Shown: piece by piece, positions 1 through 9,170 of the stretch
How positions within the stretch are numbered: the stretch's first letter is position 1
Layout: the number at the start of each line of letters is the position of its first letter
NCBI GenBank assembly: GCA_040830765.1
Contig: JBFOMH010000017.1
Coordinates: forward strand, 1-64,000
Direction of reading: 5' to 3'
DNA length: 64,000 nucleotides
DNA from: Puniceicoccaceae bacterium
GTDB taxonomy: Bacteria > Verrucomicrobiota > Verrucomicrobiia > Opitutales > Oceanipulchritudinaceae
Position numbers and translations under genes: made by a program
The notes under the pieces: model-generated
Seen by the model: only the letters and a program-made list of their open reading frames with translations
Told to the model about the DNA's origin: nothing
Databases searched by the model: none

Positions 1-788
1 CCCTCGGGGCCCGGCGGGGTGGAGCGCTCAAGGTTTTTCGGGGCGGGGGCCCCCCAGGGGACGGGGGCATAGCTGAATCCCGCCGGCGGGTCCGGTTCAT
101 AGGAAAGGCCCGTCTCCAGGGTCTGCGGGAAGGCCCCCCCCGTTGGGTAGGGGAGCCGGAAGAGGAGGTCGACATGGACCGCCTCGATACCCGCCTCTCG
201 GACCCACTGGATGCACTGGCGGTTCATTTCGTCCGGCTGGATGCGGTGGACGGCCTTCTGCACCTTGGGGTCGACATCCTGGACGCCGAAGGAGGCGCGG
301 TTGAACCCGTGTTTGGCGAGGACCTTCACCTTTTCCGCGGTGAGGGTCCGGGGATCCAACTCGGCGGAGATTTCCGCATCCGGTGTAAAGGCAAAGCGGC
401 TGTGGATGGAGGAGCAAAGGCGGTCCAGTTGCTCCGGAGTCTGGAAACTGGGCGATCCGCCCCCGAAATGGAGCTGGTTGGCCTTGCGGTTGCCGGCATT
501 GAGGTGGGGCAGGGTCAGCTCCATCTCCTTCTCGAGGGCATCGAGGTAGATATCGGCCTTGTCCCGGTTGCAGGTAATGACGGTCGTGCAGGCGCAAAAC
601 CAGCAGAGGGACTCGCAGAAAGGCAAGTGGTAGTAGAGCGACAAGGGGGCCGTTGAATCCCGGCTCTCATCAAAGAGCGGGACGGGATCCTCCACGGGGG
701 TGAACTGCAGGGCCGTCGGGTAGGATGTGTATCGCGGACCCGGGCAGTTATATTTTGAAATCAGGTCTCGGGTTGAAGCTATGGACAT
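1..788 (-). CDS. hemN: Oxygen-independent coproporphyrinogen III oxidase (radical SAM), 3'-partial
   Basis: Own translation from ATG at 788: KYNCPGPRYTSYPTA, LSLYYHLPFCESLCWFCAC (CxxxCxxC), HFGGGSP, ASFGVQD. It runs off the window start, so the ORF track omits it. Confidence 0.93.
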   Translation of the reverse strand, partial: MSIASTRDLISKYNCPGPRYTSYPTALQFTPVEDPVPLFDESRDSTAPLSLYYHLPFCESLCWFCACTTVITCNRDKADIYLDALEKEMELTLPHLNAGNRKANQLHFGGGSPSFQTPEQLDRLCSSIHSRFAFTPDAEISAELDPRTLTAEKVKVLAKHGFNRASFGVQDVDPKVQKAVHRIQPDEMNRQCIQWVREAGIEAVHVDLLFRLPYPTGGAFPQTLETGLSYEPDPPAGFSYAPVPWGAPAPKNLERSTPPGPE

Positions 789-800
789 TGTTGAGGGGGG

Positions 801-1538
801 TTATCTTAAGAATTCCTGAAAAATAATCATCATTACCACCGAGATGGCAATGATAACACCAATCCATTTTGTGGAAGCCTTCTCATTGGCCTCCGGAATG
901 ATTTCCGAAAAGACCATCCAGATCATGGCGCCGGCGGCAAAACCAAGCCCGACCGGCAGGACCGGGCGGAAGGTCTCCACGAAAAGGTAGCTGGGGACAG
1001 CCATGACCGGTTGGGGCAGGCTAGAGAAAACGCAGTACAAGGCGGCGGTAAAGACCCGCATGCCACGGGGTACCAGGACCAGGCTGATGGCAAGGCCCTC
1101 GGGAATATTATGGATGGCAATGGCCGCGGTGATAAAAATCCCCAGTCCGGCATCGCCTCCGAAGGAAACCCCGACCCCAACGCCCTCGGTGAAGGAATGG
1201 ACAGTCATCACGCCAACGATGAGGATCGCCTTGCGGGCGTCGGCTCCCTTGAGATTGGAAATGGAGAGTCCCTCCTGCTTTTCGAGCCAGTTGTCACTGA
1301 CGAGAATGAAGACGAGTCCCAGGAGGATTCCGAAGACGGTCTTCCAGAGTCCGTAATGCAGTCCCTCGAAAATCAGGGTGAAGCTGGCTGTCAGCATAAG
1401 CCCACCGGCAACGGCATTGCTGTAGCCGAGCCACTTGCGGCTGATTTTCTTGAAGAAAAGGAAGGGCAGCGCGCCCAGGCCAGTGGCCAGGGCGGTGAGT
1501 GAAGCGTAAAAGAATACTGTCAGGACTGACTCGCTCAT
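801..1538 (-). CDS. ZIP family metal transporter (ZupT/GufA-like)
   Basis: Multi-TM protein with HSFTEGVGVG and AIHNIPEGLA ZIP motifs. Confidence 0.9.
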   Translation of the reverse strand: MSESVLTVFFYASLTALATGLGALPFLFFKKISRKWLGYSNAVAGGLMLTASFTLIFEGLHYGLWKTVFGILLGLVFILVSDNWLEKQEGLSISNLKGADARKAILIVGVMTVHSFTEGVGVGVSFGGDAGLGIFITAAIAIHNIPEGLAISLVLVPRGMRVFTAALYCVFSSLPQPVMAVPSYLFVETFRPVLPVGLGFAAGAMIWMVFSEIIPEANEKASTKWIGVIIAISVVMMIIFQEFLR

Positions 1539-1584
1539 CTGTCTTCCTGCCTAGTCCAGCGAATCATTAGGGTCAAGTATTGCC

Positions 1585-3006
1585 TTGAAGGGAAAAGCGC
1601 CTCTAATTGCCGGCATGCTGAGTAAAGCGACCTTTTTCAGATTCCTGTCACTTTTCCTGATTGCCGCGCCTCTGTTGGCCGACCTCCCGGAGCTCTTTGA
1701 AGAGCGGGCAAAGACCCTCCTCTTTGTCGAGTACTACACCGAGCGGGAAGTCGACCGCCAGGCGGGGGAGGGCATCGGGCTCCTGATCTCGGAGGACGGG
1801 CTGGTTGTCTGTCTGTCGCATGTCTTTCCCGACTGGATTCCCCCGGAGCGGATCAAGGACGTGCGCCTGTTTCCGGCCGGCAATCCCACCGGAGAAGGCT
1901 TTGAAGCAGATTATCTGGGACAGGACTGGGTCAATGGCTGGCATTATCTCCAGTTGCGGGACATGGAACCGGCGCGTGAATACCTGCGTCCTATCACCGA
2001 GTTCCCAGTGGGCCGTCCGGACATTGGCGACCTCGTCTGGGGCGTCTGCCTGACTCCCGGGGACCTCGACTACGTGGCTTATTACCGGGATGGCAAACTC
2101 TCGACCATCCAGCCATTGCCGCTGGAAACCGGATTCGCGACAAGTGAAGTGGCGGTGCCCGGCGGGCCCGTGTTCCTCGAGGATGGCAGCTTCGCCGGCT
2201 GGGCTGGACGTTCGCTCCCGATGGAGCGGGATCTTTGGGTGGGCCAGGATTATTTCCGGGCCAATATCCGCAATCCGGACGAGTCCCTGATGTTTTTGCT
2301 CGCCGAGCCCTTTTTCGAGGAAGTCTTTGCCCGGGTTCCCGAGGATCCCTTTGACCACCAGCGGCCGTGGATTGGCATTTCCGGAACCCAACCTCTGGAC
2401 AAGGAGACGGCCCGATTCATGGGGCTGACCGACCAGGGGGTGGTCATTGTGAGTGAAGTCCTGGAAGACACACCGGCGGCCAAAGCGGGATTGCAGGACC
2501 GCGACCTGCTCCTGGCGGTGAATGGGGTAACCATTCCTAAGCTGAAGCCGGATTCCGTGCTCTTGGTCTATTTTGAACGGGCCATCCTGGTGGCCCCGAC
2601 AGGTGAGCCGCTGACCCTGACCGTTCTCCGGGGCGATGAGGAATTGGATCTGGAGGTTGTGCCCCAGCGATCCCCAACGCTGCTCAAGGAGGCGAAACTG
2701 AAATATTTCGAGGAAATCGGCCTGACGGTCCGGGAGTTCATCCTCAACGATGCCCTGCAGCGGCGCGAGGACCACCGGTTGCTGAAGGGGGTTGTGGTTA
2801 ACTTCATACGCCCGAATAGTCCCGCGGCCACCGGCAATGTGCAGCCAGCCGACTGGATTCAGGAGATTGGCGGCGTCGAAATCGGGGACTTTGAAGAAGC
2901 CGTGCAGACGATCGAGGCTGCGCTCGCCGACGAGAACCTGGATGAGCTGGTCTTCCTTGTCCAGCGGGCGAACGAGACGGCGGTTCTGCGCATCCGCAAG
3001 CAGTAG
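1585..3006 (+). CDS. Secreted HtrA/DegP-like protein with two PDZ domains, probably catalytically inactive
   Basis: Signal peptide; GLLISEDGLVVCLSHV; RPWIGI..TPAAKAGLQDRD and SPAATGNVQPAD PDZ repeats; AVPGGP where GNSGGP is expected. Confidence 0.7.
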   Translation: MKGKAPLIAGMLSKATFFRFLSLFLIAAPLLADLPELFEERAKTLLFVEYYTEREVDRQAGEGIGLLISEDGLVVCLSHVFPDWIPPERIKDVRLFPAGNPTGEGFEADYLGQDWVNGWHYLQLRDMEPAREYLRPITEFPVGRPDIGDLVWGVCLTPGDLDYVAYYRDGKLSTIQPLPLETGFATSEVAVPGGPVFLEDGSFAGWAGRSLPMERDLWVGQDYFRANIRNPDESLMFLLAEPFFEEVFARVPEDPFDHQRPWIGISGTQPLDKETARFMGLTDQGVVIVSEVLEDTPAAKAGLQDRDLLLAVNGVTIPKLKPDSVLLVYFERAILVAPTGEPLTLTVLRGDEELDLEVVPQRSPTLLKEAKLKYFEEIGLTVREFILNDALQRREDHRLLKGVVVNFIRPNSPAATGNVQPADWIQEIGGVEIGDFEEAVQTIEAALADENLDELVFLVQRANETAVLRIRKQ

Positions 3007-3023
3007 GGGAGGAGAATCTCCGG

Positions 3024-3578
3024 ATGCCGGACATTTCTGGAACCAAGCCCGGGTGGTACTGCTTCAAGGCATTGCCCAAGAAGGAGCATATTGCGGCTGA
3101 GCTGCTACGGCGCCAGGCGGACCTTGATGCCCTCTGCCCGCGCATCTCCTACATGAAAAAGACCAAGCGGGGGAAAGTGCGCTTCGTGGAGTGCCTTTTT
3201 CCGGGATACATTTTTGTCCATGCCGACCTCGTCGAGGTCTACCGACTCATTCGTTCCACCCAGGGGATCCGCGACGTGGTTTCATTCGGGGAACGTGTCC
3301 CGTTGATTCCAGATGCTTTCGTGGCGGAATTAAAGGCCCGCGTCGGGGAGGAAAGTGTGAAGGAGCTACCGGCAGCCGTGCCGGTCCCGGGCGATGAAGT
3401 GACCATTACCGAGGGTCCCTTCCGCAACCTCAAGGCGGTTGTCAGTGGTGAACTCGATGCCCAGCAGCGGGTTGCCCTGCTGTTGGAATTCCTTGGCCGG
3501 CAAATGGAGGTCACCATCCCGGTGGATGAGATGATACCGGAAGCAGGACCACCCAAGGGCAGTGTCTGGGAGGAATAG
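3024..3578 (+). CDS. NusG/RfaH-like transcription antiterminator
   Basis: WYC..KKE, CLFPGYIFV NGN domain; GDEVTITEGPF KOW domain. Confidence 0.85.
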   Translation: MPDISGTKPGWYCFKALPKKEHIAAELLRRQADLDALCPRISYMKKTKRGKVRFVECLFPGYIFVHADLVEVYRLIRSTQGIRDVVSFGERVPLIPDAFVAELKARVGEESVKELPAAVPVPGDEVTITEGPFRNLKAVVSGELDAQQRVALLLEFLGRQMEVTIPVDEMIPEAGPPKGSVWEE

Positions 3579-3583
3579 GTTCC

Positions 3584-4672
3584 CTAGAGGTAGACACCGC
3601 CTCCGAGGACTTGCGGACCATTATAGAGGGCGCAAATCTGGCCCGAGGCCAATGCCCGCTGGGGATCCTTGAAGGTCAGTTTTCCTCCACCGCTGGCGTC
3701 CGGCTCAAAGCGCGCGGGAACCCGGGGATCCCGGTAGCGGACCTTGGCTTCCAACTCGACTGTCCCGGTTGGCGGATCCGGAACCAGCCAGGAAATCTGG
3801 TGCAGGTGGATACCGGGGTGCCAGATGGGATCGGGCTTGGCGCTCTCAAAGGCGACCACCAGTTCGTTGCTCTCCATCCGTTTGGCAACCACGACATAGA
3901 ATTCATTGTCGGCGTTGGACGGGATGCCAATCCCCCGGCGCTGGCCAAGGGTATAACGATGCAGGCCCTTGTGCTCGCCGAGGACCGTCCCCTCCATGTT
4001 GACGATCGGGCCGGGCTTTTCCGGGATGAACTTTTCGAGGAAGTCGTTGATTTTAACTTCCCCGATAAAGCAGATCCCCTGGCTGTCCTTCTTGCCGGCA
4101 TTGGGAAGGCCAATCTTGCGGGCCAGCTCCCGCAGTTCAGGCTTTTTCAAATCCCCAACGGGAAAGCGGGCCCGTTCCAGCTGGTCCGGCCGGATCATGC
4201 AAAGGAAGTAGCTCTGGTCCTTGTTGTCGTCGATGCCCTCGAGCAGTTGCGGACCCGTGGGTCCGTCAACCCGCCGGCAATAATGGCCAGTGCCGACGGC
4301 ATCAAATCCGTTGTCGAGGGCATGGTCCAGCAGAACGCCGAACTTCATCTCCCGGTTGCACATGACGTCCGGGTTCGGGGTCAAGCCCCGCGAATAACCA
4401 TCGACGAGGTACTTCACGACCCTTTCCCGGTAGGCTTCCATGAAATTAAGCACCTGGAAAGGAATGCCGAGGTGGTCAGCCACGGCCCGGGCGTCCTCAA
4501 TGTCCTCCATCCAGGGACAGTTGCCGAAGACGTTTTCCTCGTTAATCCAGTTCTTCATGTAGGCAGCCTCGACCGCGTAGCCATCCTGGAGGGCTTTCCA
4601 GGCGGCCACGGCGCTGTCCACCCCGCCGGATAGGGCGAGGAGGAGACGGGGCTTCTTGGTGGTCGAAGGCAT
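3584..4672 (-). CDS. mnmA: tRNA 2-thiouridylase
   Basis: LSGGVDSAV, PNPDVMCNREMKF, TGHY, KDQSYFL, DSQGICF, YTLGQRRG. Confidence 0.97.
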   Translation of the reverse strand: MPSTTKKPRLLLALSGGVDSAVAAWKALQDGYAVEAAYMKNWINEENVFGNCPWMEDIEDARAVADHLGIPFQVLNFMEAYRERVVKYLVDGYSRGLTPNPDVMCNREMKFGVLLDHALDNGFDAVGTGHYCRRVDGPTGPQLLEGIDDNKDQSYFLCMIRPDQLERARFPVGDLKKPELRELARKIGLPNAGKKDSQGICFIGEVKINDFLEKFIPEKPGPIVNMEGTVLGEHKGLHRYTLGQRRGIGIPSNADNEFYVVVAKRMESNELVVAFESAKPDPIWHPGIHLHQISWLVPDPPTGTVELEAKVRYRDPRVPARFEPDASGGGKLTFKDPQRALASGQICALYNGPQVLGGGVYL

Positions 4673-4724
4673 GATGCCTTCTAAATGAGTCCCGGAGGCT
4701 TTTGAAGTCAAGGTAAGCGGGAAA

Positions 4725-7214
4725 GTGAAAGTAGGATTGCCACGGCTGGCGAGGAGCCCACTATCCTGCTTTTATCTTATGGTTGTGGCCAAACGAGAGA
4801 CGCACATGAACTGGGCGGCATGGACTTCGCCGGAAACCGGCATGGTCAGTTTTACCCGTGACTGGGTGGAGCGGCGCAACCCGGAATTCTGGTGGGGCAA
4901 GCAAAAGCTGCCCCTGAAATCCGTACGCCGGTTAAGCCCGGAACGGTTTGGCCTCAGCGGGGGGTATTTCGGAAAGGGTAACCAGATTGTCTTTGTCCTT
5001 CCCGTTACGCTGGCCACGGCTGTCAATTTGGAGGAGGGCCTCTTCGTTGCCGGAAGTTTCAACGGCTGGGATAAGGCCATCGGGGATCCCGATTGGAAGA
5101 TGGAAACCGGGGAGGTGAAGGAAGAGGAATGTTATCTCCTCTCGGTCCCCAAGAACCGCTTCAGCCCGGACGAGGAATTCACCTTCAAGTTTGTCACCGG
5201 CAAGGGTGAATGGCTGGAAGTTCCTGAACACATCCGCAACACGCACGTCGACAGCCTGGGAATCAAGAACTACCGCTTTTGTCCAAGGCGCAGTGGCCGT
5301 CACTGGTTTCATTTCAAGACCCCGGTTCCGCTCAGTGAGGCAGAGCGGGATGAGCTCTACGTCCGCATCGGGGACAAGGTGGAATCGGTTCGCCTGAGCC
5401 CCGGAGTCTTCCTGAAGCGGATGGATGCCGAGGGTCCGTTCGGGGCCATCGTCTCCGATAATGAGACCCGCTTCCGTCTGTTCGCCCCGCGGGCCCGATC
5501 TGTCTCCCTGTACGTTTTCAAGCAAGCCGGCGGGCCGGAGGGGGAGCCGGTCAAGATGGAGATCGGCGAGGACTATGTCTGGACGGCCACTGTTGAGGGC
5601 AACCGGCATGGATGGTTTTATCACTACACGGTCGAGGGACAGGAGACCGACGAGGTGGGTTACTTCGACCCGGCCTTCCGCATCATCGATCCCTTTGCAC
5701 GGGCAGTCTGTGGACCCGGAGGACCCGGGATCATTGTCGAGGATGCCTTCTTCGAAACCGAGCACCCGCCGTTTACGCCGCCGCACTGGCATGACCTGGT
5801 CATTGCCGAGGCCCACCTTCGTGACCTGACTGCCAATGCCCCGGTGGAAATGACCGATGAGGAGCGGCTGGGCTACCGTGGTTTGAGGAAGTGGGTCGAG
5901 GATGAGCACTTCTATCTCACCCAGTTGGGGATCAATGCCGTGGAGCTTCAACCGATCCATGAATTCGATACCGTGGAGCCGGAAAAGTACGCCTGGGGCT
6001 ACATGCCGGTGAACTACTTTTCCCCGGCGAGCCAGTATTGTGACGATCCTACCCGGCTGGACCAAGTTGGCGAATTTCGGGAGCTTGTCCAGAGTTTCCA
6101 CAACAAGGGCATGGCTGTGCTCCTGGACGTTGTCTACAACCACGTCGGGGAGCCCAACTACCTGCAGTATCTGGACAAGGAGTATTACTTCCTGCTGACC
6201 AAGGACGGGCATTACGAGAACTTCAGCGGATGCGGAAACACACTGGATTCCAACGCGCCGATGGTCCGCCGCCTGATGCGCGACAGTCTTGTCCATTGGA
6301 TCAAGGCCTATGACGTGGACGGGTTCCGTTTTGATCTGGCCGAGTTGATCGGGCAGGACGCCCTGGCCTGGCTCGAAGGGGAGCTGAAGAAGGTCAAGCC
6401 GGGAATCATCCTTATCGCCGAGCCGTGGAGTTTTCGTTCGCATATCGGGAAGGAATTGAGCGCGACCGGTTTCGCGTCGTGGAATGATGAATACAGGGAG
6501 TTTGTCCGCAAGTACCTGACGGGGGCAGCCGACGTCTCCGACTTGCGCTACTTCATGCAGGGTTCGCATCCCGGCTGGAGCCGGTTTCCGGCACAGACAG
6601 TCAACTACGTGGCCTCGCATGACGACCGGTGCTGGATCGACAAGATAACCGAGAACGGCAACTTTGACGGCCACCGGCCAACAGCGACCGACCGGCGCCG
6701 TACCCACCTGATGGTCGCTGTATTGATGATGTCACTCGGCATTCCGATGGTCTGCAGCGGGGACGACATGCTGAAATCCAAGGGCGGTACCAACAATACC
6801 TACCTCCGGGGCGACTTGAACGCCATTCCCTATTCACGGATGACGGAGTACTCGGGCACGGTGGACTATTTCCGGCACTGGATCGCCTTCCGGCTGGGTG
6901 ACCTTGGCCGTTACCTGCGACTGGACGGTTTTCCGGGTCGTGAATATTTCATTACAGGCTGGAGCGTATCGGCCTTCGGGATGATCTACAACGCCACCTT
7001 CAGCCACGGACCGGAACGCCTCCTCTTTGTCATCAATCCCGGGCATGAATTCACCGAGGTGCACTTTGCCGATGAGGACCTGGGTGGCTTTCGGCAGCTG
7101 GCTGACAGTGAGCGCTGGGGAGAACCGGAGTTGTCCGCGCCGAACTTCTGGAAGCACCGCAACCGCATAACGGTCCCGCCAATGGCCTGCGGTCTCTTCG
7201 TGGAGCGCCGCTGA
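4725..7214 (+). CDS. GH13 pullulanase/glycogen-debranching-type enzyme with N-terminal carbohydrate-binding modules; start may be 4779 or 4806
   Basis: VAGSFNGW, FRLFAP, WGYMP, DVVYNH, DGFRFDLA, AEPW, YVASHDD conserved GH13 regions. Confidence 0.88.
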   Translation: MKVGLPRLARSPLSCFYLMVVAKRETHMNWAAWTSPETGMVSFTRDWVERRNPEFWWGKQKLPLKSVRRLSPERFGLSGGYFGKGNQIVFVLPVTLATAVNLEEGLFVAGSFNGWDKAIGDPDWKMETGEVKEEECYLLSVPKNRFSPDEEFTFKFVTGKGEWLEVPEHIRNTHVDSLGIKNYRFCPRRSGRHWFHFKTPVPLSEAERDELYVRIGDKVESVRLSPGVFLKRMDAEGPFGAIVSDNETRFRLFAPRARSVSLYVFKQAGGPEGEPVKMEIGEDYVWTATVEGNRHGWFYHYTVEGQETDEVGYFDPAFRIIDPFARAVCGPGGPGIIVEDAFFETEHPPFTPPHWHDLVIAEAHLRDLTANAPVEMTDEERLGYRGLRKWVEDEHFYLTQLGINAVELQPIHEFDTVEPEKYAWGYMPVNYFSPASQYCDDPTRLDQVGEFRELVQSFHNKGMAVLLDVVYNHVGEPNYLQYLDKEYYFLLTKDGHYENFSGCGNTLDSNAPMVRRLMRDSLVHWIKAYDVDGFRFDLAELIGQDALAWLEGELKKVKPGIILIAEPWSFRSHIGKELSATGFASWNDEYREFVRKYLTGAADVSDLRYFMQGSHPGWSRFPAQTVNYVASHDDRCWIDKITENGNFDGHRPTATDRRRTHLMVAVLMMSLGIPMVCSGDDMLKSKGGTNNTYLRGDLNAIPYSRMTEYSGTVDYFRHWIAFRLGDLGRYLRLDGFPGREYFITGWSVSAFGMIYNATFSHGPERLLFVINPGHEFTEVHFADEDLGGFRQLADSERWGEPELSAPNFWKHRNRITVPPMACGLFVERR

Positions 7215-7220
7215 GGCTGC

Positions 7221-7853
7221 TTAGCCCCCGATGGCCGACTTGATGGCGTCCTTGATGGTAATTACCACATCGGGACCGTAGACGATGATGGCCCAAACCA
7301 GGGCGGCATAGAGGAGCACCGCGCAAATCCCGACAAAGCAGGCACCGAGTGCGAAGAACCCGTCCTCTTCGGTCAGGCCGACCCCGATAAGGAAAATGAC
7401 GAAGGCTGGGAAGGTATTGGTCATTGGAATGGGGATCATCATCAGGATGGCCATGGCCATGACGAGGAAGCCCATCAGGGTCAGACCGACCCGCCTTCCG
7501 ACCCAGCGCATCCGGGGACGGACGATCCATTCCAGCCGCTTGAAAATCCATGCCGCCCCGTTGAGTAACTTTGTCGCCATCCCCTTGGACATCTGGATCC
7601 GTTCCATGCGGGCGGGAAACACGGGGCGCGTCTTGCCGATGAGCATCTGCATCGAGAGGACCAGCAAGAGCAGGCCAAACGGCACGCTATACCCGGCGGC
7701 GGGAACCGGCAGGGCGCTCGGGAGGGAGAGGACCAACAGCAAGAGCCCGAATCCCCGGTCGCCGACACGCTCCACCAACTGGCCGACGGTCAAGGCATCC
7801 CCATCGGTTTGCAGCAGTCCCTGCAGTTCCTCGGATAGGCGCAAGTGTGACAT
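7221..7853 (-). CDS. exoD: Exopolysaccharide synthesis ExoD family membrane protein
   Basis: RGFGLLLLVLSLPSALPVP, PIPMTNTFPA, EEDG motifs. Confidence 0.85.
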   Translation of the reverse strand: MSHLRLSEELQGLLQTDGDALTVGQLVERVGDRGFGLLLLVLSLPSALPVPAAGYSVPFGLLLLVLSMQMLIGKTRPVFPARMERIQMSKGMATKLLNGAAWIFKRLEWIVRPRMRWVGRRVGLTLMGFLVMAMAILMMIPIPMTNTFPAFVIFLIGVGLTEEDGFFALGACFVGICAVLLYAALVWAIIVYGPDVVITIKDAIKSAIGG

Positions 7854-7970
7854 CAGGAAAAGGGTGGTGGGGAATCCGGCCTATGGCAACAGCACTTTAA
7901 GGGCATTAATTGAAATTATCTGCAGTCCTTGGATTGCCGTTTTGCAGGAATCCATCACAGTAAGTCCGGG

Positions 7971-8561
7971 ATGATGCGACAAAAACGGCGGATAGCATTT
8001 TTTGGGGGCACATTTGATCCTTTCCACAAGGGTCATCTGGAGATGGCCAAGGCGGCATCTGAATGGCTCGGCCTGCACAGCGTCTATTTTGTCCCGGCAG
8101 CGCAGAACCCGCACAAGGGCGAACCGCCCGTGGCTACTGCCGAACAGAGACTGGAAATGATTCGTCTGGGCATCCAGGGTATCCGCAATTTTGGTACCTG
8201 GGCAGGCGAACTGGGACGGGAGGGCCCCAGTTATACCCTGCATTCCGTACAACATATCGAGCGGGTATACCCGAACAGCCATCTGTTCTGGATCATCGGA
8301 TCCGACCAGCTTCCGTATCTGGCTGACTGGTACGGCATCGAGAAATTGGTCCATAAAATCAGTTTCATCCTCGTGCAGCGACCCGGCCACAAGATGATTT
8401 GGCCAGGTGTCCCCGGCATGATCCTCTACCCGGTGGAGAATCCCTTGGTCCCCCTCAGCGCGACGGATATCCGCCGTCGGGCCGCGAAGGGCAAATCCCT
8501 TGACAGGATGGTGCCGCCAGGTGTCGCCCGCTACATTCAGGAAAACCGGGTCTACCGCTGA
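7971..8561 (+). CDS. nadD: Nicotinate-nucleotide adenylyltransferase
   Basis: FGGTFDPFHKGH, PSYT, IIGSDQ, SATDIR; adjacent to rsfS. Confidence 0.95.
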   Translation: MMRQKRRIAFFGGTFDPFHKGHLEMAKAASEWLGLHSVYFVPAAQNPHKGEPPVATAEQRLEMIRLGIQGIRNFGTWAGELGREGPSYTLHSVQHIERVYPNSHLFWIIGSDQLPYLADWYGIEKLVHKISFILVQRPGHKMIWPGVPGMILYPVENPLVPLSATDIRRRAAKGKSLDRMVPPGVARYIQENRVYR

Positions 8562-8606
8562 AACGGTGCCTGTTTGGCAACAATTCCGTTAAGGCACTCT
8601 GCCCGA

Positions 8607-8636
8607 TTGACAAGGCGCCCTGTGTTTTCGTATAAG
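8607..8636 (+). promoter_or_regulatory. Canonical sigma70-type promoter for rsfS
   Basis: TTGACA (8607-12), 18-nt spacer, TATAAG (8631-36), 32 nt before the ATG. Confidence 0.55.
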
Positions 8637-8668
8637 TTTGTCCGTACCGAATGAGAGTACTGTAAAAT

Positions 8669-9037
8669 ATGCCAGTTATCGCCAAGAAAACAGAAAGATC
8701 CACCCTTCCAGTTGAAATACAGCAATGCATCGAAGCATTGGATGATAAGAAAGCGGAGAATCTCCGTATCCTCCATGTGGGTGACATCTCCTCGATAACG
8801 GACTACTTCATCATCGCCACCGGTACCAGCAACCCCCATCTCAAGGCCTTGAGTGAGATCGCTTCCGATACGCTCAAGGAATCCGGTGTGGAGGCAGTGG
8901 CGACGGGTGCAGGTGACCAGTCCGGCTGGGTTGTGGTCGATGCCTTCGACTTCATGATCCACATTTTTACGAGAGAGATGCGTGAGTATTTCAACCTCGA
9001 AGGCCTGTGGAAGGACGGAAATTTGATTGAGTGGTAA
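8669..9037 (+). CDS. rsfS: Ribosome silencing factor (Iojap)
   Basis: DDKKAENL, TDYFIIATG, WVVVD, REYFNLEGLW. Confidence 0.95.
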   Translation: MPVIAKKTERSTLPVEIQQCIEALDDKKAENLRILHVGDISSITDYFIIATGTSNPHLKALSEIASDTLKESGVEAVATGAGDQSGWVVVDAFDFMIHIFTREMREYFNLEGLWKDGNLIEW

Positions 9038-9170
9038 CCTGGTTGCGGCCGGCGACACTCCCACCTGTCCAGCGGGCAGGTGTTCCCTTGGCCGTCTTCT
9101 CCAATTCGGCGGGGTGGGTTTTTGTCGTGCAAATCCTCTAGAAATTTCTACCTTTCCCTAAGTTGGAGAC

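Noticed and set aside
1..180. Odd G/C-run-rich hemN sequence (DLLFRLPYPTGGG, YAPVPWG)
   Set aside because: Conserved residues are replaced by changes toward G/C runs at the sequence edge; more likely low-quality base calls than biology.
8607..8636. TTGACA before rsfS as a member of the late motif
   Set aside because: It has a normal -10-like box and a leader; a canonical host promoter.
9119..9130. Single TTTTGTCGTG matching the arm-like unit
   Set aside because: One isolated 10-mer in host DNA; compatible with chance.
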